Source: Trypanosoma brucei
Taxonomy: Eukaryota
Direction of reading: 5' to 3'
Length of the DNA: 64,000 nt
Assembly (NCBI GenBank): GCA_000002445.1
Contig: CH464491.1
Coordinates: 4,384,001-4,448,000, forward strand
Shown: in pieces, positions 35,401 through 45,539 of the stretch
Numbering within the stretch: the first letter of the stretch is position 1
Layout: every line of letters starts with the position of its first letter
Program-made: the position numbers and the translations under genes
Notes under the pieces: model-generated
What the model was told of the DNA's origin: nothing
The model's input: the letters and a program-made list of their open reading frames with translations, nothing else
Database searches by the model: none

Positions 35401-36742
35401 TATATTATTCTTAGCTTTTTTTATTATTACCTTATTTTTTTATTTTTCTCATTTTTTCATACTTACTTACATTTTTTGGTAATTTCTTTTTTCCTTCTTT
35501 TTTTCTCTTTTCCTTCGTTTTTTTTTGTTTTTTTTTTGATTCTTTAGATCTCCCTCCCCTCCCCTCCCTTTCCCATTGGAAATTACGGGACATCCAACAG
35601 GTTCAATAAAAAGGGGGAAAAGAAAGGAAGGCAGAAGGAACCTACGGAAAATACGCACAAAACTAAACTACAAAAAAAAGTAATAATAATAATAATAATA
35701 ACCCAGCACATGCCTAAACATGGACTTCCATTATCTCAAATGCATAGGTGCATATGTATATATATTATATATATATATATTATATATATATATATATGTG
35801 TATTTATATATGTATGTAAACATGTGCGTACGATTAGGTAATATGGGCGCTACGTATTCTTAATGCATTTGCACATCCAGTTTCCCTTAATCGCTCAAAC
35901 ATCTTCCAAATAGTCAGAGACCATAAATTACACCACTACAAATGTTTTTTCCCCCTTCCACGTGCGCCACTCTGGTAAATGGGAAACACGAAGAAAAGAA
36001 AAAAAGAGGAAAAAAAAAAGAAAAGAAAAAGAAAAGAAAAAAGAAAAGCACCGCCGATGTAAAATAATAATACTTTTCCCTCCGTTTTGTTGTTTTTTGT
36101 TGTTGTTCAAACCAACATATTATATGAAAAGCCTCATCGCTTGAAACTCGGCAGCACACCAACAACTCCTAACCGATTAATCAAAAATAAAAATAAAAAT
36201 AAAGAGGAAACAGGAGGCCCAGAACCGAGCAGACGGATTACAGATGAATACACCAAAGGGATTGTGTGGTAAGTTTTTTTTTCTCTCTTCTTTTAAAAGA
36301 AATAAAAATATAAAAATAAAAATCAAGAGCACTTAAACAAAAAGAAAAAAAGAAAACAAAGAACTCATGTATCTTTTCATATATTTGTTAATATAAGTCG
36401 TTTCGCACCACACAACGCTTCACTATAATCAAAATAAGCTGAAATAACCACCTCGAAGAGGAGGTGAGGTGAAGAAGAAAATAAAAAAAAACACCACGAA
36501 ACAAAGAACGGAAGAGAAGAAAAATCACGCGCGCATAGAACAAAGACAAAGAGACAAAGATAAAATAAAATAAATGTAAAGAAACAAATAAAAAAGCAAT
36601 AAAGGCTAGCAGTAATGGCAAGGAGGCCAAAAAAAAAAAACACGGAAAATAAAAAGAAAACAGACCTAACCCCATTCCTCGCCTCATTTCCAAAGACAAT
36701 CATAAAATATCATCCGAAAAACAATCTCCAACACACCCCTCA

Positions 36743-37849
36743 TCATCCGCCAGGCCCTGCAGTTAAAAGTCCTGTTTCGCTCAAACCAAGTGGTGTACAA
36801 TACCCAAATCCATCACTGCTAACCGTTACAATATCATCACCCATGCAAACGCTGTCGTCATCATCCACATCTTCAACACAACTACTCGCATAAGATGTTA
36901 AACCAACGCTAAGACCTTCACCCGATTCATCCCTACATTTAATAAAGGCACCAACACCAATCAGACCCGAAACCGAAGAACTTAACGAAACATTGGATTG
37001 CAGTTTTCTTCTACTTTCCAATCCCTCAACCGCAACAGCAGGAGGTACTGCCCCTGAATCAGAAGTAAATGGTTGCTCCTCCCCCTGCTCCATATGGTGA
37101 GTTTGTGTTTCGCAAGGCAGTTCATCATCACCTGTCCAAAAGAGCGTCTTACGCTCACGTAACTTTTGAAGAAGTCGCTCTTTCCGATACTGCAAAGCAC
37201 GCACCCGCTCAGCACCACCACCACTACCACAATAAAGCGTAAAGTTACCACTACTGGTGACATCATGACTCGCTCCACCAGCACCAGCACCCGCACCAGT
37301 GGAGCTGCTAAGAGATGTTAAATCAAATAGCCGAGCGCAAGCAATATTACGCCGTACCTGCTCGAAACTCAACTGGCCCAACTCCTCCGCGAGGTTTGTG
37401 GCAAACTCACGCCATTGCCGCCTCACTTCCGTCACCATTCCGCCACAACGCGCGAGGTGTAACCGCCGAGCCTCCCCGAGCAGAAGCCGCAGGGAAATGC
37501 AGTCATAACCGTCAGATGCGAACCGCTCGCGCAATCCACAACGCGGCGGAAGCGCATTCCCCGCTTCAAACTGCTGCGACTGCTTCTGATGTTGATGTTG
37601 ATGTTGGAAACGAAGGCCTTCGAGCATGCGAATGTCAACACGTGGATCAGACGATTGAAGAGGTCCCGTGCTGAAAGTGTACCGTGAACATTCCTCCATC
37701 TCCTGCTCGTAATCAATTTCCAGGTATTCCGGCGCGTGTTGTTGTGATTCTGATGGTGATGATTGTTGTGACTCCTCCGACCCGAGGGGTTCCACCGAAC
37801 TCACCGCAGACCCACGACCAAACAACCGCATTAACCCGAAAAATGTCAT
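36743..37849 (-). CDS. Hypothetical low-complexity protein (~369 aa from MTFFGLMRLF...)
   Basis: ORF 36743..38146, with start reassigned to the internal ATG at 37849 because the upstream 98 codons run through TA/T-rich low-complexity DNA. Contains (HQ)n, (GA)n and an acidic DDDD stretch. No family recognised. Confidence 0.45.
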   Translation of the reverse strand: MTFFGLMRLFGRGSAVSSVEPLGSEESQQSSPSESQQHAPEYLEIDYEQEMEECSRYTFSTGPLQSSDPRVDIRMLEGLRFQHQHQHQKQSQQFEAGNALPPRCGLRERFASDGYDCISLRLLLGEARRLHLARCGGMVTEVRRQWREFATNLAEELGQLSFEQVRRNIACARLFDLTSLSSSTGAGAGAGGASHDVTSSGNFTLYCGSGGGAERVRALQYRKERLLQKLRERKTLFWTGDDELPCETQTHHMEQGEEQPFTSDSGAVPPAVAVEGLESRRKLQSNVSLSSSVSGLIGVGAFIKCRDESGEGLSVGLTSYASSCVEDVDDDDSVCMGDDIVTVSSDGFGYCTPLGLSETGLLTAGPGG

Positions 37850-40635
37850 GCGAAAAGTGGACACAGAATGTAAATATATAAATAAATAGAACAGGTAAAC
37901 ACCAAATATATAAATAAATAAATATATATATAAACGCTCAAAAAAGGAAACAAAAAAAACAACAGTCAAGCAATAAAAATAATTTTTATAATCGCGATAA
38001 TAACTGATGTTATTTCCGGGACGGGGACGACCAGCTTCTGCAGTCTTTTTGCTATTGTCTTCCTCCTCCTCACTATTATTTGCTGCTGCGGTACTGCCAA
38101 AATCCGTTTCTTTGCTTGTTTGTTTCACTTCACACCAACGCGGCAAGTCCCACCCTCGTTTCTAACGTTCTCCTATTCTTCTTTGTTTATTTATTTGTTT
38201 CTGTTGTTGTTGTTGTTGTTTTCTCGGAATTATCTTCTTTTTTTTCTTTTTTGAAGGGAAGAGCGTTATTTTGCCCCTTCGCCTCCTTCACGTTGATGTT
38301 GTTAAGAAGTCAGAGAAATACGAGAAAACAAATAAAGCAATAAAGAAGAAACAGCCCTCTAATAAGTAAATATATAAATATTTATTAATTTATATAAGCG
38401 CTCGACCGAAACAAACACCTTCCGCACTCACTAGACTTCGAGAGAAAACAAATATGAATGAAAATGAAAAGTAAAAGTAAAAAGTAAAAACAAAGATAAA
38501 AAAGCCGCGAAAAGAAACAAAATATAAAAATTTATACTTCCCCCCTCAAAAAAAAAAAAAAACAACAAAAACAAAAACAAAAACAAAAGCTTTCTAAAAA
38601 CAAGATGATGGAAACAAGAAGGGATCCGATCCGACCTCAGCGGCAGTCGCCCCTCACGTTAAACGCACGATTTCACTTCAGGCAGCAGCTGCCTTTTAAA
38701 CGGAATGATAAGTTTAATAAATGGTAAAAACAAAAAAAAAGAAAAGAAAAAATCAATCAATTAATTAATTAAAAAATAAAAAGCGCAAACAACAAACAAA
38801 CAAATGTTTTTTTTTTTTTTGAAAAGGTCTCAACTCCTTATATATATATATATATACACGTACCTCTCACGATCCTTTTCCTTATTTCTTTTTATTTCTT
38901 TTTATTTTTACTTCCCTTAATCCTGCTGCTTGTCTCACTCTTCCTCAAGGACAAAATCGAACCAATGATATTGCCAATAATGAAACAAATAATAAATATA
39001 TTCAATGAGTAAACAGTAATGGTTGTGTTAAATAATAACAATATGTCGCTTGGTGTTGTTATTTATTATTATTTCCTTCGACACAAAACAAAAAAAAGCA
39101 CAAAAGGGAAGGAAAAAACCTTGTGAAGCTAAAATAATAAAAAAAAAAATCACTCCGTACGCCACAGAAAAGGGGTGATGTAACAGAAAGATGTTAAAGT
39201 GTATAAATAAAATTGATGATTTGACTCAAATAAATGGGGTAAACAAACAAACAAAAAGAGAGAAAGCACACCTTCGAAGCCGCACCGGTGGTTAAGTAAC
39301 TGCACGAAACAATATATTTTACTAAACACAAATATATTTATCTATATTTATATATAAATAAATATAAATATATATTTCTCAAAAGAAAGAAAAAAGAAAA
39401 CTATTTTTCCCTTAAGGGTTGAAACGGAATGAAAGAACAGGAAAAAAGAAAATAATACAAGAAGACTAAAACAAAGGACTAACACTACAGAAGAACAAAA
39501 AACAAAACAATTAACAAGAAATATCTTTTTTTTTTTTTAATTGTTCTCTTTTGTTTTAACTCGTGTGTATGTGCTACCTTATCCTTTGCTAACGTGTGCA
39601 AATGGCTAAATTAATAGTAGGTTATTATATAAACAGAAAAAAAAAAGCGAAGTAAGATGACAAAGTAATGGTAAGGGAAGCAGAAGCAAAGCACATCACA
39701 AAACGACGCGAATACACACACTAATATTTGTATATTTATAGATGATGAAACTAACCAACAGCGGCAACGAGATGACAACCAGAGCGAAGAGGGGTTGATT
39801 TTTTTTTAAAAAAAAGGAAGAAGGAAGAAGCGGAAGCGGAAGCCCAAAACCGGCAGCTATCGTTTCAATTAACTTTTCAGCAGGACCCTTCCTTTTATTT
39901 CTCCCTGCCTTCACTTTCTGCGTCACTTTGACCCTCCCCTCCCCTCCTCTCCTCTCCCAGATGTTGATGAATGCGATGAGAAAAATATGCGTTGGCGTGG
40001 TGTCCAATATTCCGCGTGTGCATAGAAAAATAAACATATGCATGCCTTAATGTTTCAAATATTCCCCCCCCCCCCGGTTACATATCTTCCTGCTTCCCAA
40101 AGGAGGTTATAACAACACTCAAAAGTACGCCAAAATGAGCGTTGCAACACACAACACCGCCGCTCCACACAGCAGCGATCAAGGCCAAAACCAACGCAAA
40201 GAAATATGAAGTCGCAAAGGCAACAACCAACAGAAATAGTAAAAAAAAAAAAGAGAAAACATCAACATCAACATCAACATCCAATGTTGGAGGCAACAAC
40301 AATAACAACACAGACAAGCACTCCATCTATTCATTGTATCGGGAGGACGAGGGGGAGAGAGGCACAAACTAACGTGAAAAACAGTAGAAAGGGGAAATAG
40401 GAAAAGAAAGGGGAAAATCAAGAGAAACCGCCTCAGAAGAAAAAACAAAAAATACAAAAAAGAACTGAAAGAAGACCCAAGTGTGCAGAGAAGGTAGCAA
40501 TGAAAAAAAAAGAGTGAGCAGGAAGTCTCACATGCCCACCGTCTCATTCCCATCCTTCTTGTTTTGGTCCTCCCTCTTCCATTCTTTGATGTATGTATCC
40601 ATATAATTCCCTTTGGCCTTAGAGGCGCTTAGCAC

Positions 40636-41295
40636 TCAACGCTTCAGCCGCGGATAGTCTTTTGCTTCCCGTTCCTTCTGCAGTAAATCGTTCTCCTCAG
40701 CCGCAAGCCGCGAAGCGATGATTTGCTCCACCAGTGCATCAAACGCCTCTTTGAAATTATCACTTTGGTAGTCGAGCGACGTTTCGAGAGCGCGGATCCC
40801 TTGCAGTTGCTTTGGCATTGGAGGTATGGCGTTGTCACCGACAGCAAACTCTGGTAAGCTGGAGTGGTGCGAGAATATCAGGGAGTGGCCATCGGTGACA
40901 CGCATTTTGAAGTTGTTGTCGTCGTCGAGTTCATCCTGATTGAGGGCGAAATTTTTGTACCACAGCAACAGCTCCTTCTCTGACCCTTTTACCTCAGGGT
41001 TGAAGACATAAATGATTCCATCTGCATTGGAAGCAATGGCCGGCCATCCCGCCTGGTGCTTGCTGCTACCACCGACATCCCACAACTGAACAACGGCTTT
41101 CTTCAGGCCCGCCGCCTGCCTCCCCGATCGCCGGGTATCGTCAAGCGCAATCTCCACCTCGAGTACACGCAGTGGGTTGGTTTCATGATACTCCTTTGTA
41201 GGAGTGTCACGTGTGCCAGCAAGGAAGTTGGTGACAGTGGACTTCCCACTCTTGCTAGGCCCGAGCACAAGTATCTTTACCAAGTCGTCCGACAT
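40636..41295 (-). CDS. IFT22: IFT22 / RABL5 atypical Rab-like small GTPase (~219 aa from MSDDLVKILVLGP...)
   Basis: P-loop LVLGPSKSGKSTV. LWDVGG (G3). Blocks matching RABL5 (WPAIASNADGIIYVFNPE, ELLLWY). ORF 40636..41391, with start moved to the ATG at 41295 where the GTPase fold begins. Confidence 0.85.
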   Translation of the reverse strand: MSDDLVKILVLGPSKSGKSTVTNFLAGTRDTPTKEYHETNPLRVLEVEIALDDTRRSGRQAAGLKKAVVQLWDVGGSSKHQAGWPAIASNADGIIYVFNPEVKGSEKELLLWYKNFALNQDELDDDNNFKMRVTDGHSLIFSHHSSLPEFAVGDNAIPPMPKQLQGIRALETSLDYQSDNFKEAFDALVEQIIASRLAAEENDLLQKEREAKDYPRLKR

Positions 41296-41909
41296 TAGGA
41301 AATATAAATAACTCTCGAGTGTATTGTAAAATGAAGTTTTGCTCGGGTGGAGGAGAGGGGGAGGAGGAATCACCTGGGATATTCTAACCAAGCTTCGCCT
41401 CGGCCCACGTTTAATTTGTTTTGGTCTCTATTGAATTCTTTTATTTGTAGGTACGTATGTGGGGGAGGTGTGGCGTTACCCTTCCCTCTTTCGCTTTCCC
41501 TTTTTACTCTGATTTTGTGCATTTTGGAAGGATGACGTTAAAGAGGTGAGTGGGAAAGAGGGGAAGAAGAGGTGGCATGATAAAGCGAGGGGGGTTCACC
41601 GGGGGTTGTCGAGGATGAGACTCCGCTAAAAGTCGCACGGAGGTCTGAAAACAAAGAAAAATCAAACATCCGTGGTGCCGCATCACATAGCGCTCAAAAT
41701 ATACACCAACAAAACTGTGCGAAGCTCAAAGAACCCCACCACTATACATTCATTTGACTTGAAGCAATACGGGAAAACGAGGTGAACAAACTAAACCCAA
41801 AAATAGAGAGGGAAGAAAACAAAACAACGCAACCTGTAAACACCCCGCACATAGCTCACCAACTGGAGAATCAACTTGATAGACCCTAGGCCCGTACTGA
41901 ACTAATACA

Positions 41910-44672
41910 CTAAGCAACTACCTCCTCACTCCTTGGTGGCAAAGCTCTACCCGACCGCAAATTCTCAGGGGAGTTCTCGGAGTTGCGGTGCGCTTCCATC
42001 AGCCGCTCCAATAGCGAACCGGGCGTTAACGACTCTTTGTCGCTCATATAACGGAGGCTGTCACCGGCGTGAACATCTTGAGGACCCCACACGGCGTGGC
42101 GCTGGGAATCCAATCTCCGAACCAGAGATGCATAATAACTCGGCGGTGGGCCCCTTCCCAGTCGCGGGTTGACCTCTATCAAATCCTTATACAAGTCGTT
42201 TATGTATGACTCATGCAAAGAAGTCCTTGTTGGGTGTGTGCCCCGCCGCGGTATCGTACTGCAGCGGAGAAATTCTAACGCTGCGGGAAGCGATACGCAA
42301 AGAACCTCAATGAGATCTAGCGGCCCGCGGTTCACCTTCAGCACCTCCCAGGAAGAGAGCACGGCCCGTAGCGCCGGTGTCCATATGATGGCCGGAACCT
42401 CGGGAAGCTCACTGAAGCCCCGGTAGAAGAGCGACTGCTCGCTCACCAACCCCGTCGGGCTTTGCAGGAAGAAAAAACTATCTTCGATCCTTCGCCACGA
42501 ATCCTCAACATCACCCAAGATCAAATAGTTAAATAGGTGGACGAATCCGCTCTGGGGGGATGCACCAAACCCATCCACAAGCATCGCCTCTGAGTCCATG
42601 AAAAGACGCTCAGGAAGCAAGACGTCGTAGCACAAGTGACCAGGGAATTCAGACGCACTTCCCCCCAGCCCCACTGCCGCGTCAACAAGCTCCTTGATGG
42701 TATCTAGTGGGTAGGAGGGATACATGGCACATAGCACGTTGGCGAACTCCATAACAGGCACGATACCCGAGGGCTTCGTCCACCCATTTCGCTTCAAGTC
42801 CAAGAAGCGGAAAATTGCCAACAACATCGAGGTATCCAGCTCCAGCATACGGATAAGGTTCTTGTTCACCTCCTTTCGTGTCACCAACCCGTACGCGCGA
42901 GTTAAGGGCCCACAAAACTTACTTCGGGAAACCTCATCAAAGGCATATGAAAGCTGCAATTGCCCCTTCTGAGCCTCCTCAAGCGACCCCACCCCACACT
43001 CCCCGCCCGATACAGAAGAACCACCCTCATCGCCGGATTGAAGAAAGTTGATGAAATAGTCCCGCGTAAAAGTATCCAACGGCTCCTCCATTCCCTGCTT
43101 GCGCCACTCCCACAGAAGGATGCAGACCTGGCGCTCCACAAAAATTGGATCGATACGCAATGCACGTACCGGATTGGCTGTACGGAGGTGCCCGGGTACG
43201 TGGGCACCGCACCCCATCCCTGGCACATGCAGGGGCGTGGACTGCAGGAACGTGGAAGCAGGGGCCTGGCAGCGCTCATCAGGCGGTCGAGAAGCAGCAA
43301 CTGAGCGAATAGGCGAATGAGTCCTGGAGGGGGTTAGAGAGACAGCCACTGAGCGAATAGGCGAATGAACCCTGGAGGGGGTTAGAGAGACAGCCACTGA
43401 GCGAATAGGCGAATGAACCCTGGAGGTGGTCGTCTCTGGCATGTCGTCCCTTTCCTTTCCAGTGTTATTGGGAGGTCGCACCGCTCTCAGTTTCAGTAAT
43501 GTTTCTGCCTCCTTCTCCAACTGCCTGTTCCGAATATCAGCCCAATGCCGTTGGACTTCATTTCGGTTTGAAAACGATGCCATCACTACATTGCGGAGTG
43601 CCAAAAGGTCAAGTCGGTATTTTTCACATTTCCGCTTCTCAATGATAAAATCGTTCTTTATCTTCTGCGTTTCTACCGCAATTGCAACGTTGTAATCGCC
43701 AAGGATTGAAAGTCGAGTAGAGAGCGCAATGCTCTGCCTCGCGTACATACCGTTGAGCTCAAGAAGATCATGAGTTCGCTTCCTTAGTTGTTCCTGTTCT
43801 GCCACTAAGGCCTCCAACTCTTGTTGCAGGTCGTCCAACGCCTTCTCATTCATGGCGCGAGCAACGAGCCGTCGCACGTACTCCGCGTCACGTAGACCCT
43901 TGCCAATAATTGTTGAGCCGTCTAGGTGGAGTCCAGAAGCGTGGGTCAGCATCATTTGGTGTTCCAGTAGCATCTCAAGTTTCTTTTCCCTTTCGTGACA
44001 GGCGGCGATCTCTGCCTTCAGGTGGTCACGTTGTGTAGAAGACTCCTCTACTAGCTTCGCCATGTGTGCCTCCATCACACGCATCTTCTCATGGACGGCG
44101 GCCACTTCAGCCGCATCTGCTTCTCCCAACTCCCGTTGCCGTTGCTGGCTTTGCTGCCCCCAAACCTGGCATTCGCGGAGCTGCGCGTTCTCCTGCAAGA
44201 GCTCATCTACAAGTTCAAATACAAAGCCAAGTGTTTTACCCAAGACAGGACGATACATCCCAGCATTGGATGTGAAGAGCGCCAAGGCTGCACGGGCCAA
44301 CTCCAACTTTGTCACAATGTCCCGGCGGTGGGCGTGTCCGGTTTGAGACATTGAGCCCGTAGGCCGCCGAGGAGGTACAGAAAGCTCACCCCCCTCACAC
44401 GCACTCTCCATGTCAGCGCCCCACAGAGAACCATTCGCAATGGCAGGAAACCGTGCGGAACGACTACCTCCACCACCAGCAGTGGCCCCGCCCTCTGCCG
44501 AAGCAAAAGAATTCTTTTGAACATCACTGCGGCTGTCACCAGCCCTATCAGTCGAAAGCAACGCCGATGTTGTGTAATCGAACTCCCCCAGCCCATCCCA
44601 CGGCTGCAAAACATGCTGCAATTGCTGAAGTAGCGAGGCCATCACACTTACGTAGCGTGCACTTCGGGCCAT
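41910..44672 (-). CDS. Large coiled-coil protein (~920 aa) with 3x 16-aa tandem repeat (RVHSPIRSVAVSLTPS) and conserved C-terminal globular region
   Basis: ORF 41910..44819. The first 49 codons are hydrophobic low-complexity, so the start is placed at MARSARYVSVMASLLQQLQ (ATG 44672). Heptad-rich central segment (LQENAQLRECQV..., LEMLLEHQMM, ELEALVAEQEQLRK). Confidence 0.75.
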   Translation of the reverse strand: MARSARYVSVMASLLQQLQHVLQPWDGLGEFDYTTSALLSTDRAGDSRSDVQKNSFASAEGGATAGGGGSRSARFPAIANGSLWGADMESACEGGELSVPPRRPTGSMSQTGHAHRRDIVTKLELARAALALFTSNAGMYRPVLGKTLGFVFELVDELLQENAQLRECQVWGQQSQQRQRELGEADAAEVAAVHEKMRVMEAHMAKLVEESSTQRDHLKAEIAACHEREKKLEMLLEHQMMLTHASGLHLDGSTIIGKGLRDAEYVRRLVARAMNEKALDDLQQELEALVAEQEQLRKRTHDLLELNGMYARQSIALSTRLSILGDYNVAIAVETQKIKNDFIIEKRKCEKYRLDLLALRNVVMASFSNRNEVQRHWADIRNRQLEKEAETLLKLRAVRPPNNTGKERDDMPETTTSRVHSPIRSVAVSLTPSRVHSPIRSVAVSLTPSRTHSPIRSVAASRPPDERCQAPASTFLQSTPLHVPGMGCGAHVPGHLRTANPVRALRIDPIFVERQVCILLWEWRKQGMEEPLDTFTRDYFINFLQSGDEGGSSVSGGECGVGSLEEAQKGQLQLSYAFDEVSRSKFCGPLTRAYGLVTRKEVNKNLIRMLELDTSMLLAIFRFLDLKRNGWTKPSGIVPVMEFANVLCAMYPSYPLDTIKELVDAAVGLGGSASEFPGHLCYDVLLPERLFMDSEAMLVDGFGASPQSGFVHLFNYLILGDVEDSWRRIEDSFFFLQSPTGLVSEQSLFYRGFSELPEVPAIIWTPALRAVLSSWEVLKVNRGPLDLIEVLCVSLPAALEFLRCSTIPRRGTHPTRTSLHESYINDLYKDLIEVNPRLGRGPPPSYYASLVRRLDSQRHAVWGPQDVHAGDSLRYMSDKESLTPGSLLERLMEAHRNSENSPENLRSGRALPPRSEEVVA
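43296..43437. repeat. 48-bp x3 tandem repeat inside the coiled-coil protein CDS (encodes RVHSPIRSVAVSLTPS x3)
   Basis: ctgagcgaataggcgaatga(g/a)(t/c)cctggagggggttagagagacagcca recurs at 43301, 43349 and 43397. Confidence 0.9.
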
Positions 44673-45539
44673 AGTAAAAGAAAAAAAACACGCAACAAAA
44701 AGGAGGAAAGGAAAAAGAGAGTGATATAATCCAACAAATAGGGCATCTATATATAAATATAACTGTAGGTTTGTCAGTCGGCTTACCACCACAAAATAAA
44801 CAAGAAACAGAAGGCGCAATTTTGGACAAGCAAAAGAACGGTGCTACCTTCACATGCGACAAAACACTTGCATGTCCACAATGCACTGAATCGCCACGCA
44901 CAAATATGTGCAACACTAATACACTACCTCACAACACGATAATCCCACTCCAGGGTACAAAACAGATGGATTCTGCCTCCACTGCCATTACCGCTTGTGG
45001 GATCCAACCCTAACGAACTCCCAAAACCTTACAGATTCATCGAAGCAGACACTGTGGAACGCCTAAGGTCTCACAACACCGACCAGCATTAAGTCTCTTT
45101 CCACAGTAACACCACGCCTCAATGAGAGCTACGGGCAGCACACACAACGGCGGTTGAGCATATACAGGGGGGTCAGCAGTACAAATGGGGAAGGGAAGGG
45201 AACGGAACGGAACGGAAACGATTCAACAGAGTGACTGCTTGCGCAGATCACCCAAACCTTAATACAACAAAACCTGCGGCACATACACACACAAAAAAAA
45301 AATCACCCATTATTTACTATCTCTCTTTCCTACCTGTTGCAGCCGCGACCGAAGAATAGTTAACAAAGTGGAATACACGAGAAAGTGAAGGGACACGAAG
45401 TTGACAATTAAAACACAAGACAGAAAGGCCAAGACTGAGAAAACAACGCGTGTCCCTACAACACCGGCGACGACTTCCACACCACACAAGGCACGGCAAG
45501 CAAAGCAAAACCCTCGTTCCATTAGCCCACGCATGCGTT

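Noticed and set aside
43296-43437. Regularly spaced short direct repeats that could superficially resemble a CRISPR array (also 54931-55462)
   Set aside because: Units are contiguous with no spacers, are in-frame inside long eukaryotic CDSs, and the whole window is trypanosomatid nuclear DNA. No cas-like genes are present.
44673-44819. Upstream extensions of several ORFs to the first in-frame ATG (44819, 50480, 38146, 41391)
   Set aside because: The extended N-termini are hydrophobic or low-complexity translations of UTR-like DNA. In one case the extension contains the polypyrimidine tract that should precede the real start. Internal ATGs at 44672, 50141, 37849 and 41295 were preferred.
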